This document shows, one piece after another, positions 1 to 12,143 of a stretch of DNA of 64,000 nt. The DNA comes from Phoronis australis (lineage: Eukaryota > Animalia > Phoronida), in assembly GCA_002633005.1 (NCBI GenBank), contig NMRA01000152.1, positions 62,001-126,000 on the forward strand, written 5' to 3'. A model generated the notes under the pieces. It was not told where the DNA came from. It worked only from the letters and a program-made list of their open reading frames with translations, and searched no databases. The number at the start of each line of letters is the position of its first letter. The stretch's first letter is position 1. The position numbers were made by a program, and so were the translations under genes.

Positions 1-21
1 GTCAACCATTAATGGAATGAA

Positions 22-524
22 AGGAGGAAGATCGAGGACTCTAAAACATGCTTCTTACTAAGTGTCTTTATTATTGTCACGTGACCACGTTTTTAAGTCA
101 AATTTTCATTTGCAAGAAAGGTACATTCATGGAAAATGACCCTTCAACTGACTTTACTAAAACCTTTTTTAACTCACTGAAAACTTTAGGTTACGTCTCA
201 AAAACGGGAATTTGCTTTAAAATGCCTAAGTTTTCATGTACCGAACGATGTACAAATAAGACCGCTGTTTTTTTTACAAAAAATCCTTCTGTTTTGCGAG
301 TTAATTTATTGGCATACAACCCGAACTAAGTGAATAATCGAAAATTCCTAACAACGTATTTGAGACATAACGTATTTAGTTTCCAATTAAAAAAGGTTTT
401 AGTAAAATTGGCTGGAGTTATTTTGCTATGAATGTACCTTTTGACTTAAAAAAACGTGGTCGCAGGACAATAATAATAGCCACAGTGGTAAGTAGCATAT
501 TTTGGAATCCTCGATCTTTCTCCT
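22..524. mobile_element. Palindromic non-autonomous DNA transposon (Kolobok-like MITE)
   Basis: ~190-bp imperfect inverted arms (aggaggaagatcgaggactctaaaacatgc... / ...gcatattttggaatcctcgatctttctcct); AGG...CCT ends flanked by degenerate TTAA (tgaa/ttga). Confidence 0.75.
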
Positions 525-2170
525 TTGAGAAAACATATACCTTTAATGGTTGACAAAGCATAGTTTTTCCAATATTTGACTATCGAGTTGAGGTCATTTA
601 TTAAGGTCACATTCCCAACTATCTGCATGAATGTCGCGGTCACGGAACGCCCCCTTTTGCTGCTGAGACTCACATGATTGTCTTTCAGAGTATGTTAAAG
701 TAAAAGCCATTGGCCAAATAGGCGTGTTGAATAAGAATCAGTGTTAACCAATCATCAGTCTGCCGGAAAATTTTGTTCGGAAGTTAAAAACTCAGTTTGC
801 TCTCGTCCCAAAGTTTAGAAAACTAGCCCCGGCTTCCCATCAGATTTGGAGTGTACATAATTATTTTTGTTAGGTGGTAAATCTTCCACTGAAACTGCAG
901 TTGTTCATAGGCTTATGCTTAATCTGCTCAACAGTAATACTTATAGTTTATCGTGGCTTGCTAAAATAAGTCTATTTTTGAATAACTGTGGCCTCTCTTA
1001 TCTGTGGATGTGGTTGGGCCTTACCTGATGTCAAAACAATGTTATGAGACAGCTGGATGTGCGTTTTTTGTGGCTTTCTTCTATGAAACATCGTTTCGTT
1101 TCCATTTGAACAATACTTACCGAGGCTTGTTTAAATGAAGGATTAATATTTTGTAAATTTCATTGTGATATTAAAATTCTACCATGCTGCAAAGATTGTT
1201 TCCGCTGTCACTCGTCCAAACTGAACCCACCTTGTGTTCTACTAATTAAGTGGTGATGTCGGCGATGAGTATGAGTACCATTACCTGTTGATCTGTCCTA
1301 GTTTCCAGTATGAGTGATATCGGTTTTTCAATTCAAAAAAAATTACACTCACCCTGATATGTTTAAGTTCAGTAATCTCTAATGAACATTTCCTCAAATC
1401 TTTGATTATGTCCCGGTTTCCATAACAAGTGTTTTTTTTTGTTATTTTCAAACCTAGTCAACTTTTAAACATTTCATAGTTTATTATATTTTTGATACAT
1501 GATTTTTCCTTGTATTTGTATATATTTATGCTTGTATACTTCGTTAGCATTTGTATCGCCAGTGTCACAGACGCTAAGGTAGCTTGCATCTAATGCAGTT
1601 TTCTTATGCCCCGAGAGAGGTCTCTGTATTTGTCCATAGAAAATAAACCTTTGAACCTTTGGTGTTGCAACCCAAACTGATGCCTGCACCAACCTGACTT
1701 GGCGTACTTCTGTTTCGCACGGGCTGATGAACTAGGCGGAAGCTACCGTAAATTTCTAAATTACTGTCGATAATTTTCATTTTTGTAAAGCATGTTCAAA
1801 CCTGAGATATACTGTTTAGTTTGTCTGAGTCGGAACCAAAGTTGACGATAATGAGCGTTCACGTATGCAGGTCATGAAGATCACACGGAGGAAGTGTCCC
1901 GAGAAAGTACTGCGCACCACCCTGTAGTCATTGTCATCAATTTCAGTTCCAATAACTGTTTAAAAACCTATAAACATGACAGACATTTAAAATCTTACGG
2001 TAGCTTCAGTTCGGCACTAGCATGGTTCACCAACCCCTGCCAAATTGAAGTGTGCCAGCTCAGTTTGGTGCAGGCATCAATATGGGCTTCAACGGTGACC
2101 TTGTTTCGTAGACGCCGAGACCGAAGTTTGCGTTATGTTTAGACTGAACTGAGATACTTTAGACAACAGT

Positions 2171-2447
2171 ATGAGGAATCACAGTAAATTTTGGGTGTTG
2201 CGAATGTGCTTCACCTTCTCACTCATTCTCATTTGTCTTTTGGTGGCCATAATATTCACTAGAACTTTGATTTTTGGCCAAAGGCTGGAAGTTATAGAAA
2301 GCTGTGACCCAATCGAAGCACCCTTCATTCAAGATGAAGCAATGATCTCGCGATTTCAACAAGCTTTACGCATCCAGACAGTTGCTAGAGCTCCTCACGA
2401 TTATAATGCTGAAGACATGGTTAAATTTGTTGAGTTCATTAAGCAAG
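2171..2447 (+). CDS. PM20D1: PM20D1 exon 1 (MRNHSKF...EFIKQ)
   Basis: ATG, hydrophobic leader, RFQQALRIQTV, donor AAG|GTAAGT. Confidence 0.88.
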
Positions 2448-5400
2448 GTAAGTTGTAGGCCTGTGGAGTATCCAGTCAATTTGCCACTTCCGACCGGACC
2501 ACGTCAATTCCGAATCATTTCACAGATAAGGCCTTTTAAGATTAATTTCCAAAATACTCGAAGTAATAAAATAAATGTATCTCTTAGTCATCCAGTGTTG
2601 TTCTGGTGTTATCGTTGCATCAATTTTGAAAGCTGTAGAGCATCTCGTCAAAATTGAAAGAATTTTATGACACACATTGTTTTGTCTGTCATTGTCAAAA
2701 TGAAGAAGGACTTTCCTTGTTTTAATTTTACTAGTTTTACTATTTTATATTTTTATCCGTTGTTTTACAGCTATCTTTTGTTTAGTTTGTTCACTTCATT
2801 TCTTTATACTCTGTAACAGCACTTATGGAGTCTAACAATAATTTTCAAATTAAGCTCTAATCACTTTTCTTTATATAATAAAACTGTTTTCTCTTTTTTG
2901 CTTCAGCATTCCCTATTATTCACTCCAGCAAGTTGGTGCAATTTGAGCATGTGGCCAACTATAGTGTCATCTACACGATTCAAGGCAGTCAACCTCAGTT
3001 GAAGGCTGTTATGTTTTCGGCTCACATGGATGTTGTGCCCATTGCGAACCCTAGTAAGTGGGATGTACCGCCCTTTGAAGGTGTCGTCAAGGATGGATAC
3101 ATTTATGGACGTGGCACCATGGACAACAAACAGTCACTCATGGTACTGTGTTATATTGTGTGGAACAAAGCCCCTTTCTCTAGTTTGGGACAGTAGGTAA
3201 ATTTGGGACTGTCGGTAAATTTGGGACAGTCGGTAAATTTGGGAAACCGAAATTAATCCGATCTTGAATTTTCTTGAATTTGAAGATTGGGGCATGAGCA
3301 GTTTTGTTATTCACCATGTTTTTCAAATAGCTGCTGAGGTGGTTTATTTAATTAGCATCTGAGAATACGCTTCAAGGCAATTCGTAAAAGTTGCCAAGAA
3401 TACCCGTGACTGTCATGCTTCTCCGTAGTGTGTAGCATGTTTGTTTGATCATAACTCTTGAATATTGCTGGTTTCTAAAACTTGGTACAAGCTCTGAATT
3501 CACAAAATAATTAATTTTCATTGTCCCTTCCTGCTGAGTTTTTACTGTAGTTTTCTTGCAGTCAAGCAATATAGAAATTTACCAAATATTGTGTATGAAC
3601 ATAGTCTTTCAAGTCCTATGTTCTTGCACAGTGAAATGCAGATAGCATTTATTCTGTGGGTGCATGATCAGTATGTTGATTTAGACATTGCAAGTGCACC
3701 ACCAGCTGGCGCCACCAGCTGATGAGATAAATTCCCACGTGGGGCTACCTTTATACATTGACAAAGACAGTCAGTGCAGCTGTGCTCTTCTGAACATTTT
3801 TTATGACAGAAATATTGCACATGGCATTGATTATGACATGTTTGTCATTACAACTTTGAAAAGGTTAATAAGTCTTCTGTGGTCGTTTGCATGAAACAGG
3901 CCCCAGTAGAAGCACCACTTTGTTCCCAAAATCTCCTGTGTACTTGTGGACTCTGTATACTCAGTAAATGCGACATCATCTATTGATTTACCCGCTAATT
4001 TATAAAACGTAATTTTCACTTTTATTTCATTAATGATATTACGTATCTGTAAAGGGAGCAATTTGTTCAATGAAAATAAACAAAGATCTAGTCCTTGGGG
4101 AGGTATTTTGCATGAAAAGTCATGACAACACTGAAAATTTAATGTAGACTCAAGTCTTGGTATGTATCCATGCTAAAAGGTGACTTAGTAATGAAGATAA
4201 AATAGGAACTGTTCCATGCATCTGGCCACCTGATGTTGAACTTTTAAAGTAATGGCGTACTACAATCTTCATATCATACAAATTTTTACCTGTTGTGGTA
4301 TTAGCACTAATGCTGAAAGGCACTTAAAAAAACAAACAAAAAAAACAGTGCAGGTGGTCTGATGTCATTTGCGGTACATCAGACGTGCACAGGCCTCATG
4401 GTTGGGCCCATTGCACAAAACACCTGAGCAAAAGCACGAGAGCCCAATTATGGCTCTTCCTGAAGAAAGTTTTCAAGTCTGCCAGTCTCCTTTAGGAAAA
4501 CGGACAGACGTTTCCTTTCGTTGCCATGCACTATATGTTATAGGCATGTAACAGTGCCATCCAGTAGGTTGCTCCTTAGCCTATAAAAAGCTGGGCAAGA
4601 ATCTACCAGGTGTTTAGGAGATTCTATGTCAGTACCACACTCGGGACACACTGGGCAGTTAGCTGGTTGTTAGGAATCTTAGCTATTCTGATGTTGCTGT
4701 GCATTTCAGGCATTGCTCGAATCGATGGAAGAACTGCTTAAGAATAACTACAAACCACAGAGGACTGTCATCCTGGCATTTGGTCATGATGAAGAGGTTC
4801 GTTTTTGTTTGGAGTCTGTCTTGTCATTGGTTTTGTGAGAAATCATCATTCTAAACTATTACCGGGTTAAATCTGTTTGTAGGAAGTCAGAAGTTTGGCT
4901 TGAAAAATCACGTACTTTGGATATTTACAAAAGGTTGTTGCTGTGAAATTTTCATTTGTGTGAGGTCTGCATAGTAAGACTTAGACGGAGTATATGTCTT
5001 TGCTTTTGTTTGTGTCAGTCTGTCAGTCAATTTATTGGTTTCTCTATCAGTTAATTTATTGGTCAGTCAGTCAGTTACAAACTTTATCGAGAAGTCATTC
5101 ATGTAATTTTAAATGAGGCTCGAAATGTGCAGACACAAGCAGATACAAGCCTACTGCTTGTGATAAATTCTTGGAAATGTTGTTGTCTCCAAATTGGTCA
5201 TTTTGTAAATTTGTGTATCATGCATTTAAAAGCAGGTCAGAAAATTGCTAGCGCTTCACCTGTTATATTATGATTGTTACTGTAACCAGGGCCGGGTTGG
5301 CCAAGTTTTCTGAAATAAACTAAACTGTAGTCGATTGTTTTTTGTGTGAATCCAGGTTCTGCATCTATTTAACACCTGTTTATTGTAAATGAAAAGCAAT

Positions 5401-8400
5401 GCAAAAAGTGCCATTTTAGTTTGTGTCTGTAAACTATACAGCATAACTCATGGACAAAAGTCAGGAAATAAGCAGCACAGTTTTTACAAGTTTGTGAGAT
5501 GAAGTGCGCACATTTTAAGTAAGTTGTGTCCGTTCTTCTTTTAGGTTGGTGGAGTAGAGGGAGCCACTGCTATCAACAAACTTCTTCTGTCTAGGAATGT
5601 ACAGGTGGAGTTCATACTGGACGAAGGTCTGGCAGTTACTAAAGAGATTCTGGTTGGCATTAAGAAGCCTGTAGCCATGTGAGTAAATAACACATAGTTT
5701 AACACAGATGTTCTCAATACAAGAAGTTTATTGTTGTTTGTTCTTCAGTTTTTCCTTTCCAATTTGGTACATAAAGAATTACAGGTGTCCTCGATGCCTT
5801 CAGTTGGGGCCAAATATCAGCAACATTCACCCATGAAAAATATTTAAAAATCACAGTTTCCCTCATCAGGCCCAAAAATTTCCTTCAAATGATTAAAGAC
5901 ATTCCTCTCAAGGTTATGATTATTTTTTTTGAGGCAACGATGTCCAGGAACATCAACCAGTCTCCTTGGCAAGATTATCACAGAGATGAATTTAATTCTT
6001 GTTCATTGATATTATACAGGGTTGGAGTTACAGAAAAGGGCTACCTCACCCTGAGGCTGCATACCAACTATACTGGTGGTCACTCCTCCATGCCAACCAT
6101 GACGTCGAGTATAACCATTCTGAATAACGCAGTGCTCAAGTAAGTTGGAACCATCATAGCATGTCTCAATCCCTGTTTTATAACCTTGACACACTGACGT
6201 TAGAAAGTTATACCGGAGTAGAGACTGCCCATAGACAGTTATTTGCAAGGCAGATATAATCGGACAAAATGACCTGCAGTTCTCCGTCTTGACGACTGTA
6301 TTGCAGCAGAAGTTCCCCGTTGTGAATACAAGTTTAATTCACCAGAAGAGTTGCTTAAACAACAAGTAATGATGGCTCATTACCCCTGACTGCGACAGGG
6401 AAAGCAGTATCGTTGCATTACATTTGGCATGTACTAATACCTGTGTATGTAGACATATCAAGGTTTTACATTGCGCTAAGGGTCAATATCATCACAGACA
6501 TGCACCCTTCTGTTTGCAATGCACCAATTTGGTCCCGTGTGAGTGTTTCACATTGCTTTTGTTTAATTTTTTTAACATACTGACTTTACTTGACAGTCTT
6601 GTTTACCCTCAGGCTTCATCCCAATTCACATCCAAGTATGTTTGGCTACGGTCCAGAGAAACAATTACTTGAGGACATCGCTCCAAAGGTAATTCAACAT
6701 TTCATTCTAGACATTTCTGAAACTAGAGTGCCCCATGGGCCTAGTTGTTATATATTCACGGGGCATGCTAGATTGTCCCATGGGCCTAGTTGTTATATAT
6801 CCACGGGGCTTGCTAGATTGACCCATGGCCTTAGCTGTTATATATCTACAGGTAATGCTAGGCTGCCACGTCACCCTAGTTGTTACCATATACATCCACG
6901 AGACATTCTAGACTGTCTAATGGCCCTTGTTATTTTTTTGGCAACGCTATCAACCTTGAATGTTACAATTTTGCCAATTATATTTGTGCGGAAGTTTTCA
7001 AGGAGTGGAGCCCTTGTAAAAAAAATCATTAAGTGAACTAATTAAAGACATTTCACATTATTACTTATATTTGCAGGCAGACGTACCCTTTCGAGTTGTT
7101 TTCTCCAACCTATGGCTGTTTGGTCCATTAGTGAGCTGGTATGTTAGAATTTGTAGTGCTAGAACATGACTGTATAAAATTACTTGATTTTAGCCAAATG
7201 TTGTCCAAATGAATGTAGTAATTTGTCATTCACTCCATCAATTACATCTACTCCGACACCATTGTAATTATTAACTGACCCAGAATTTAAGGCAAGACCT
7301 AGAATATTATTGGGAATAATAAAATGACAAGAACAACAAATTTCATTGTTTTAGCTCCTTGGTCAAGACTTATTATTTCAAAAAGTCTATCCCAACAAAA
7401 GTAATCCCAAAATTCTGGCTGTAAAAACGATAATGTCATTTTAAAAATGTTGTTCATTTCAGGGCAATGTCTCGGAAGCCCAGTGGTAATGCTATGGTTC
7501 GAACCACTACTGCGGTCACAGAGTTTCACGCAGGCATCAAGGTTATTGCTGTTTTTTCTGTGTGCACTCTGCAGTTAGTGATTGTGTTAGGTGTAAGAAA
7601 CATAACAACCTCATCTCCATCTGTTCTTTTGTGTGAATGTCTAAGCAGGTTTCGTCCTACACTTTCAAACATTTAGATTCCCTGTAACCACTTTCCAAAC
7701 TTGTGGTCAATTTCAGCCCAGAAATCATTACTCTTGCTCTGCAGAGCATTTTAAAATTTTGTGTATTACAAAAATGAGATGATCTGATAATACTTCTATC
7801 CGTGGTAAGGAGGTGAACCACCCTAAACCCAATGTCCATCTTCTTTTGCATAGAATTCACCAACTGCACTAAATAAATGGACATAGTATGTAGTGTTTAC
7901 AAATGTATAATGGATTTTAAAATATTAACCTTACAACAATATGTATTCACATACTTTTCAGACAAAATTTCTAATCTGTGCCATTTGTAAGATATATGCA
8001 GGAAAAAGTATTAGTGACCACTCATTTGCTATGCAGCCATCACTATTAAAATATACACATGAAGTAGTCCAATTTTTCCTGTTAATTCTGTTCAGCACAA
8101 TGAAACCAATTCGCTTTCTTGCGAGTCGAGCATGTGTGTTGTCATAGTGACTACACGTATGTGTCTCTCTCAAGAACTGATCATGAAATACGAAATTCAT
8201 TATGCCATTGCCAGGCTGGTGTGTCATATGCGGTGTGATGCTCATTGCTTAGTGAAGAAAGCTGGTTCTCACAATGCAGTACCCTTGTAAGCGACACTTA
8301 CCCATAAAAATATAATATTGTGCAGAGCTGCTTCATGCATATAAACACTTGCCACTGTGTTATTTTTGTTGTTTCATTTATCTTCACCTGTAGTAACAGC

Positions 8401-11400
8401 ACTGTAGTCGAATGATGTGTACATGCAGTAATTCTTGGGACGATCATTTTACAGGTTAATGTTCTCCCACCCACGGCTTGGGCCACTGTCAATCAGCGGG
8501 TCCACCCAGCACAGACAATAGAGGAGGTGAGCCTGCAGTCTGCTTTCTAGTAATTTTGTAAGATACATTGAAAAGTAAAAAAAGTATTTTCTAACTACTT
8601 GAACACTCACAAGGTGCTACACGCAGCCAACTTTTAACTGTGATGTCATTAACCCCAGGCATGCATTTTGTCAAAAACTCATTAACTTCTGGCTTGGGCC
8701 ACTCCCTGAGTGCTCTGAATTTCCTATTTTTTGGTTCCAAGTTTCTCTTATTTGATTTCCTGTTTCCTCATTTTTCAGCTCTTTGTATCATTTTATGACT
8801 TTATTCACACATAAACGTTTATTTGAGTTAAATTTTACACCACAAAAATATTTACATCACACAAGCCTATTTGTGGAATGATACATCATGTGGAAATTTT
8901 TCTTCATATTTTGTCATTGGTCATTCCAAGCCCTGCTCTGTCACTTGTAAAATTGTTGTACCTTGCTTAGATTGGAAAGGATTGTTGGGTATGAGACGAA
9001 CTGAGAGGTTGTCATTGCTTCAGACTAGGCCCAATAAGTTGCCTGTTATGCCGAGTTAAGTGCCATCCACATACGATCGTATCCTGGCTAGAGCCAGTTA
9101 CTCCTGGAAGGAGTTGTCGCTAAGTTTGGGTCTGGACTCTGTTTAAACTGGTGCAATTTGCCTTGGAGTCAGTTGTTACAAATAACTCCACCTTATCGAG
9201 TTTGGGTAACTTGTTCTAGGGTAACATGCGCCACCTCTAATGGCTGCGTGGCCGCAAACCTGGGGCAAGGCAGAAGTAATTATTGGCTGTGGTTACGTAC
9301 TGACAGGGTTTCTTTTGTGTGCCATTTTTGCATTAATTCTTCTATGTCATGCACAGAGCGACAACTTCTACCTAACCCTAGTTATTGGATATGTGTGTGT
9401 GTGGACGCTTCACTTAAAAGTGGGGCAAGTTGCACTGTCTTGTGAAAGTTGTTCTAGGGTGGGCTGTGTGTGTACGGAACTTAAGTTAGGAGATCTATAG
9501 AAGATTTGGCTGCATTTAGACAAATTACAACTAATAGTGAAACTGGGTATCTTAGTTGACGTCAGATTAGTTTCCGTTTCGGAAAGTTTCACAGTCTGTG
9601 TTTAGACGTTGTACAGACTTTGTTCCACACAATCTAGTATCAGTTCTGCTCTGATTATGCATTCATTTTATTGCGTGTTTAATTTGCAGGTTATTGAATA
9701 TGATAGGCAACTTATCAACGATGACCGGGTGAAAATAGAAGTGCGAGAGGTCACAAAGCCCGCCCCCATCTCGCCTTCAAGTAGTGATAGCTTTGGTTAT
9801 CAAACCGTTAGTAGAAGCATTCGGCAGGTGTTTCAAGATGCTGTCGTAGCTCCAGGTAAGTCTGGCTTATGTATTTTCAGTGAAATTTTAAGAAAACACG
9901 ACTTTTTCTGTTTCCTTTTTTTAAAAGGCCACACAAGTTGTATGGCGTTTCAAGACGGATAATATTCCCACAGGTATGACAGCATGGGTTTGTATTTGGA
10001 CTGAAAATAAGAGTGGACTTTCATGTGGGTGGATCTAATATGTATGCGTTGACTTCCACAAACATTCACCATACTTCTACTACAGTTGTGACAATTGTCC
10101 TCCCTGATTTCCTAGAATGTAAATCATTGTCGTGTTTTTCCCTATGTGTTGGTGGACGCACGTTTTTACCGAGCAGTGCTAATAGCGTTCGGTGCGATGA
10201 TAGACTGAAGACTGGTTCGAGTTGATTACTTTATTCCATACGTGCACAAGTGTACTCAAACAAAATGTCCGACGTAATGTCTGTTTTATGATCCTGCAAG
10301 TTCTGCGTAGCTTTGACTTGCGAAGAACTTCTGAGACATTTCCAGCAACTGTTACACTCGTTGATTCAATAACCTGCTGTCTCTGTAGCTGGCTCTCTAA
10401 TGACTGCCAGATACAATGCCTCTTACAATGTGCTGGAACTTTTCACCAATTCTAGCACGTTCTAGAACTTTCCAGAATCTACCCAATCATTCGACAAAGT
10501 AATGTATACTAGGCTCTAGAATATTCCAAACTACATTAATCACTAGCACTGAAAAACAAAATAATCTAGTGCCAGTCTACTCCTGCTGTGGGTGATGTTT
10601 AAATTTAACACTTTCAGTGTTATTTGGGCATCCATTTATTGTCAACTGAATTTCTTGTTTTAAACCTTTAAAAAAATGCTTCGCACGGCATACTTAACGA
10701 TTAACGCGCAGTGTTGGGACTAAGTCTATAAGGAAGCTTTGCGCTAACTCACCTGGTAACAGGGTGTGGATGTCAAAGGAGGTTAGTTTGATTCGACTTG
10801 AACTGACAGGTAGGAGAGAAGAGCGTTTTCAAGTTGGTGGGATTACATGCAAGAATAATCGAGACGTTGGCAGTCACCTTAATCGTCTTGTACCAATCTT
10901 TGGACTGGAGAATGAGAATCTCACCTGAATTTTAATGGGCACGTCATGATAATGTTTTATTCAAAATGGCGGAAATGGAAAGTGTGTAACCATTGAAGGA
11001 AGTTTTGTACGAGGTAAATAAAAGTAGAGTCAGTTCAAATGATGAGAGACTATCAAAAATAGACATAAAATATGAAATTTCTCATCAATATGAAAACTAT
11101 TAAGAAAGAGGTATTGCAGCTTTCTTAGCACGATTTGTTCAGTAGTTTCCACCAAACAACACTAGCGCTTTCCATAACATACAGGTAGGATTAACCTGTG
11201 GAAAATGATATAAAATTCAATTTCTCCTATTATTTTTGTTCTAGAATTTACGAATTTTTACCATGATGATAACCGAATTTCATAAAAAGTTCTAAATATT
11301 GCTTCGTTTAGTTGTATGGCACTTTTCAAAGGTGAAAATGATTCAAAGTGTATTCAACTCTGACCACTTTTCCAAGTTACCAGTGAATTTAGTAATTTAA

Positions 11401-11865
11401 TATTGTCAGAAATCCGACATTATTTTCACGGTTCATCTTATTAAAGTCACATTAGCGACTGCTATTGACGGCAGTGAAGCTAATGTATAACTTACTCAGA
11501 GTTATTAGGTTGCAGTTAGTGTTCAACGTAGTCATGTAAGTGATCTGGGATTAGTATTAATTGTGATATACATTATATTTAACGTTGTGTTGGTGGTATT
11601 CATTAATTCTAGATTGTCGATGTGTTTTATTCCAGGCACTATGATAGCCAACACTGATTCACGTAGATATTGGGACTTGACGAAAAATATATACAGATTC
11701 TGTCCGACAATTATGTTTCCAAGTGACCTTGCTCGATTCCACGGGGTGAATGAGAGGATTTCGATTGAGAATTACAAGCAAGTGGTTCATTTTTATTACC
11801 ACATGTTGAAAAATGCTGACAGAGCAAGTCTTCCACCCGTTCACAGTCATGGCAGTGAACTTTGA
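2171..11865 (+). CDS. PM20D1: N-fatty-acyl-amino acid synthase/hydrolase PM20D1 (peptidase M20), spliced gene, ~512 aa
   Basis: Exons 2171-2447, 2907-3142, 4710-4796, 5545-5678, 6020-6139, 6613-6688, 7077-7138, 7463-7541, 8455-8526, 9690-9855 and 11636-11865 join in phase through GT-AG introns (1539 nt). M20 motifs SAHMDVVP, YGRGTMDNK, AFGHDEE, ILDEG, TEKG, GGHSSMP, RTTTA, NTDSR and FHGVNE are present, with an N-terminal hydrophobic signal/anchor. Confidence 0.93.
2907..3142 (+). CDS. PM20D1: PM20D1 exon 2 (AHMDVVP, GRGTMDNK)
   Basis: Polypyrimidine tract plus CAG acceptor; metal-ligand motifs; donor ATG|GTACTG. Confidence 0.92.
3182..3244. repeat. 18-bp tandem repeat (tcggtaaatttgggacag) x ~3.5
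   Basis: Direct inspection. Confidence 0.75.
4349..4680. repeat. Interspersed repeat; its 5' head recurs at 42156-42205
   Basis: tgcaggtggtctgatgtcatttgcggtacatcagacgtg vs tgcaggtggcctgatgccttttgcggtacatcaggcgtg; 3' extent uncertain. Confidence 0.55.
4710..4796 (+). CDS. PM20D1: PM20D1 exon 3 (ALLESMEE...AFGHDEE)
   Basis: TTTCAG acceptor; catalytic DEE motif; donor GAG|GTTCGT. Confidence 0.9.
5545..5678 (+). CDS. PM20D1: PM20D1 exon 4 (VGGVEGA...ILDEG...KPVA)
   Basis: TTTTAG acceptor; DEG motif; donor AT|GTGAGT. Confidence 0.9.
6020..6139 (+). CDS. PM20D1: PM20D1 exon 5 (VGVTEKG...GGHSSMP)
   Basis: In-phase AG/GT boundaries; M20 dimerisation-domain motif. Confidence 0.9.
6613..6688 (+). 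CDS. PM20D1: PM20D1 exon 6 (LHPNSHPSMFGYGPEKQLLEDIAPK)
   Basis: CTCAG acceptor; donor AAG|GTAATT; phase compatible. Confidence 0.85.
6708..6930. repeat. 45-bp minisatellite, ~5 copies, in PM20D1 intron 6
   Basis: Unit ~catgggcctagttgttatatatccacggggcatgctagattgtcc. Confidence 0.85.
7077..7138 (+). CDS. PM20D1: PM20D1 exon 7 (ADVPFRVVFSNLWLFGPLVS)
   Basis: TTGCAG acceptor; NLWLF motif; donor TG|GTATGT. Confidence 0.88.
7463..7541 (+). CDS. PM20D1: PM20D1 exon 8 (NAMVRTTTAVTEFHAGIK)
   Basis: TTTCAG acceptor; RTTTA motif. Confidence 0.88.
8455..8526 (+). CDS. PM20D1: PM20D1 exon 9 (VNVLPPTAWATVNQRVHPAQTIEE)
   Basis: TTACAG acceptor; NVLP and NxRxHP motifs; donor GAG|GTGAGC. Confidence 0.88.
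9046..9495. mobile_element. Degenerate non-autonomous element; related copy at ~19440-19790
   Basis: Shared ccaccttatc(g/a)ag..gg(t/c)aac.tgt.ctagg.taac blocks and repeated gggcaa(g/c)ttg motifs; boundaries approximate. Confidence 0.45.
9690..9855 (+). CDS. PM20D1: PM20D1 exon 10 (VIEYDRQLINDDRV...VVAP)
   Basis: TTGCAG acceptor; donor CAG|GTAAGT. Confidence 0.9.
10147..10535 (-). mobile_element. Probable solo LTR of an LTR retrotransposon
   Basis: TGT...ACA ends with a short inverted repeat (tgttggtgga / tccaaactaca), clustered ttctagaa-type motifs and AATAAA on the - strand ~85 nt from the end; no clear TSD. Confidence 0.5.
11636..11865 (+). CDS. PM20D1: PM20D1 terminal exon, copy A (GTMIANTDSR...FHGVNE...HSHGSEL*)
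   Basis: TTCCAG acceptor in phase 1; open to TGA at 11863-11865. Confidence 0.92.
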
Positions 11866-11985
11866 ACTTCGACCTGTTTATGGAATCAGTAAAATGGTTG
11901 TGTAAAAGTTGATAGGTTTACATAATGTGCAAGCCTTTGTTTGTAATTCTGACCTGCTCACAAATCGGTAAAATGAGGGTGTCTG

Positions 11986-12143
11986 CAGTGGCGGATTTAG
12001 AGGGGGCCCAAGGGGGCCATGGCCCCCCCTAAAATTCTACCAGATTCCATTTGGCAGTTCGGAGGTGCGAATGTCTGATGGGCAAAATCCTGGCTAATAC
12101 TCTGCCTTGGCCCCCCTAACTCAAAATCCTGAAACCGCCCCTG
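11986..12143. mobile_element. hAT-like MITE in the PM20D1 3' UTR (copy A only)
   Basis: TIRs cagtggcggattt / aaaccgcccctg; internal ggggcc/ggcccc repeats; absent from duplication unit 2. Confidence 0.7.

Noticed and set aside
1722-1750. CTGATGA followed by GGAA as a possible hammerhead
   Set aside because: No stem II and no GAAA core; the sequence is part of the inverted-repeat arm.
6590-7036. 148-aa ORF with HGPSCYIxTGxARL repeats
   Set aside because: It is PM20D1 exon 6 reading through its donor into an intronic 45-bp minisatellite; the peptide repeat is a by-product.
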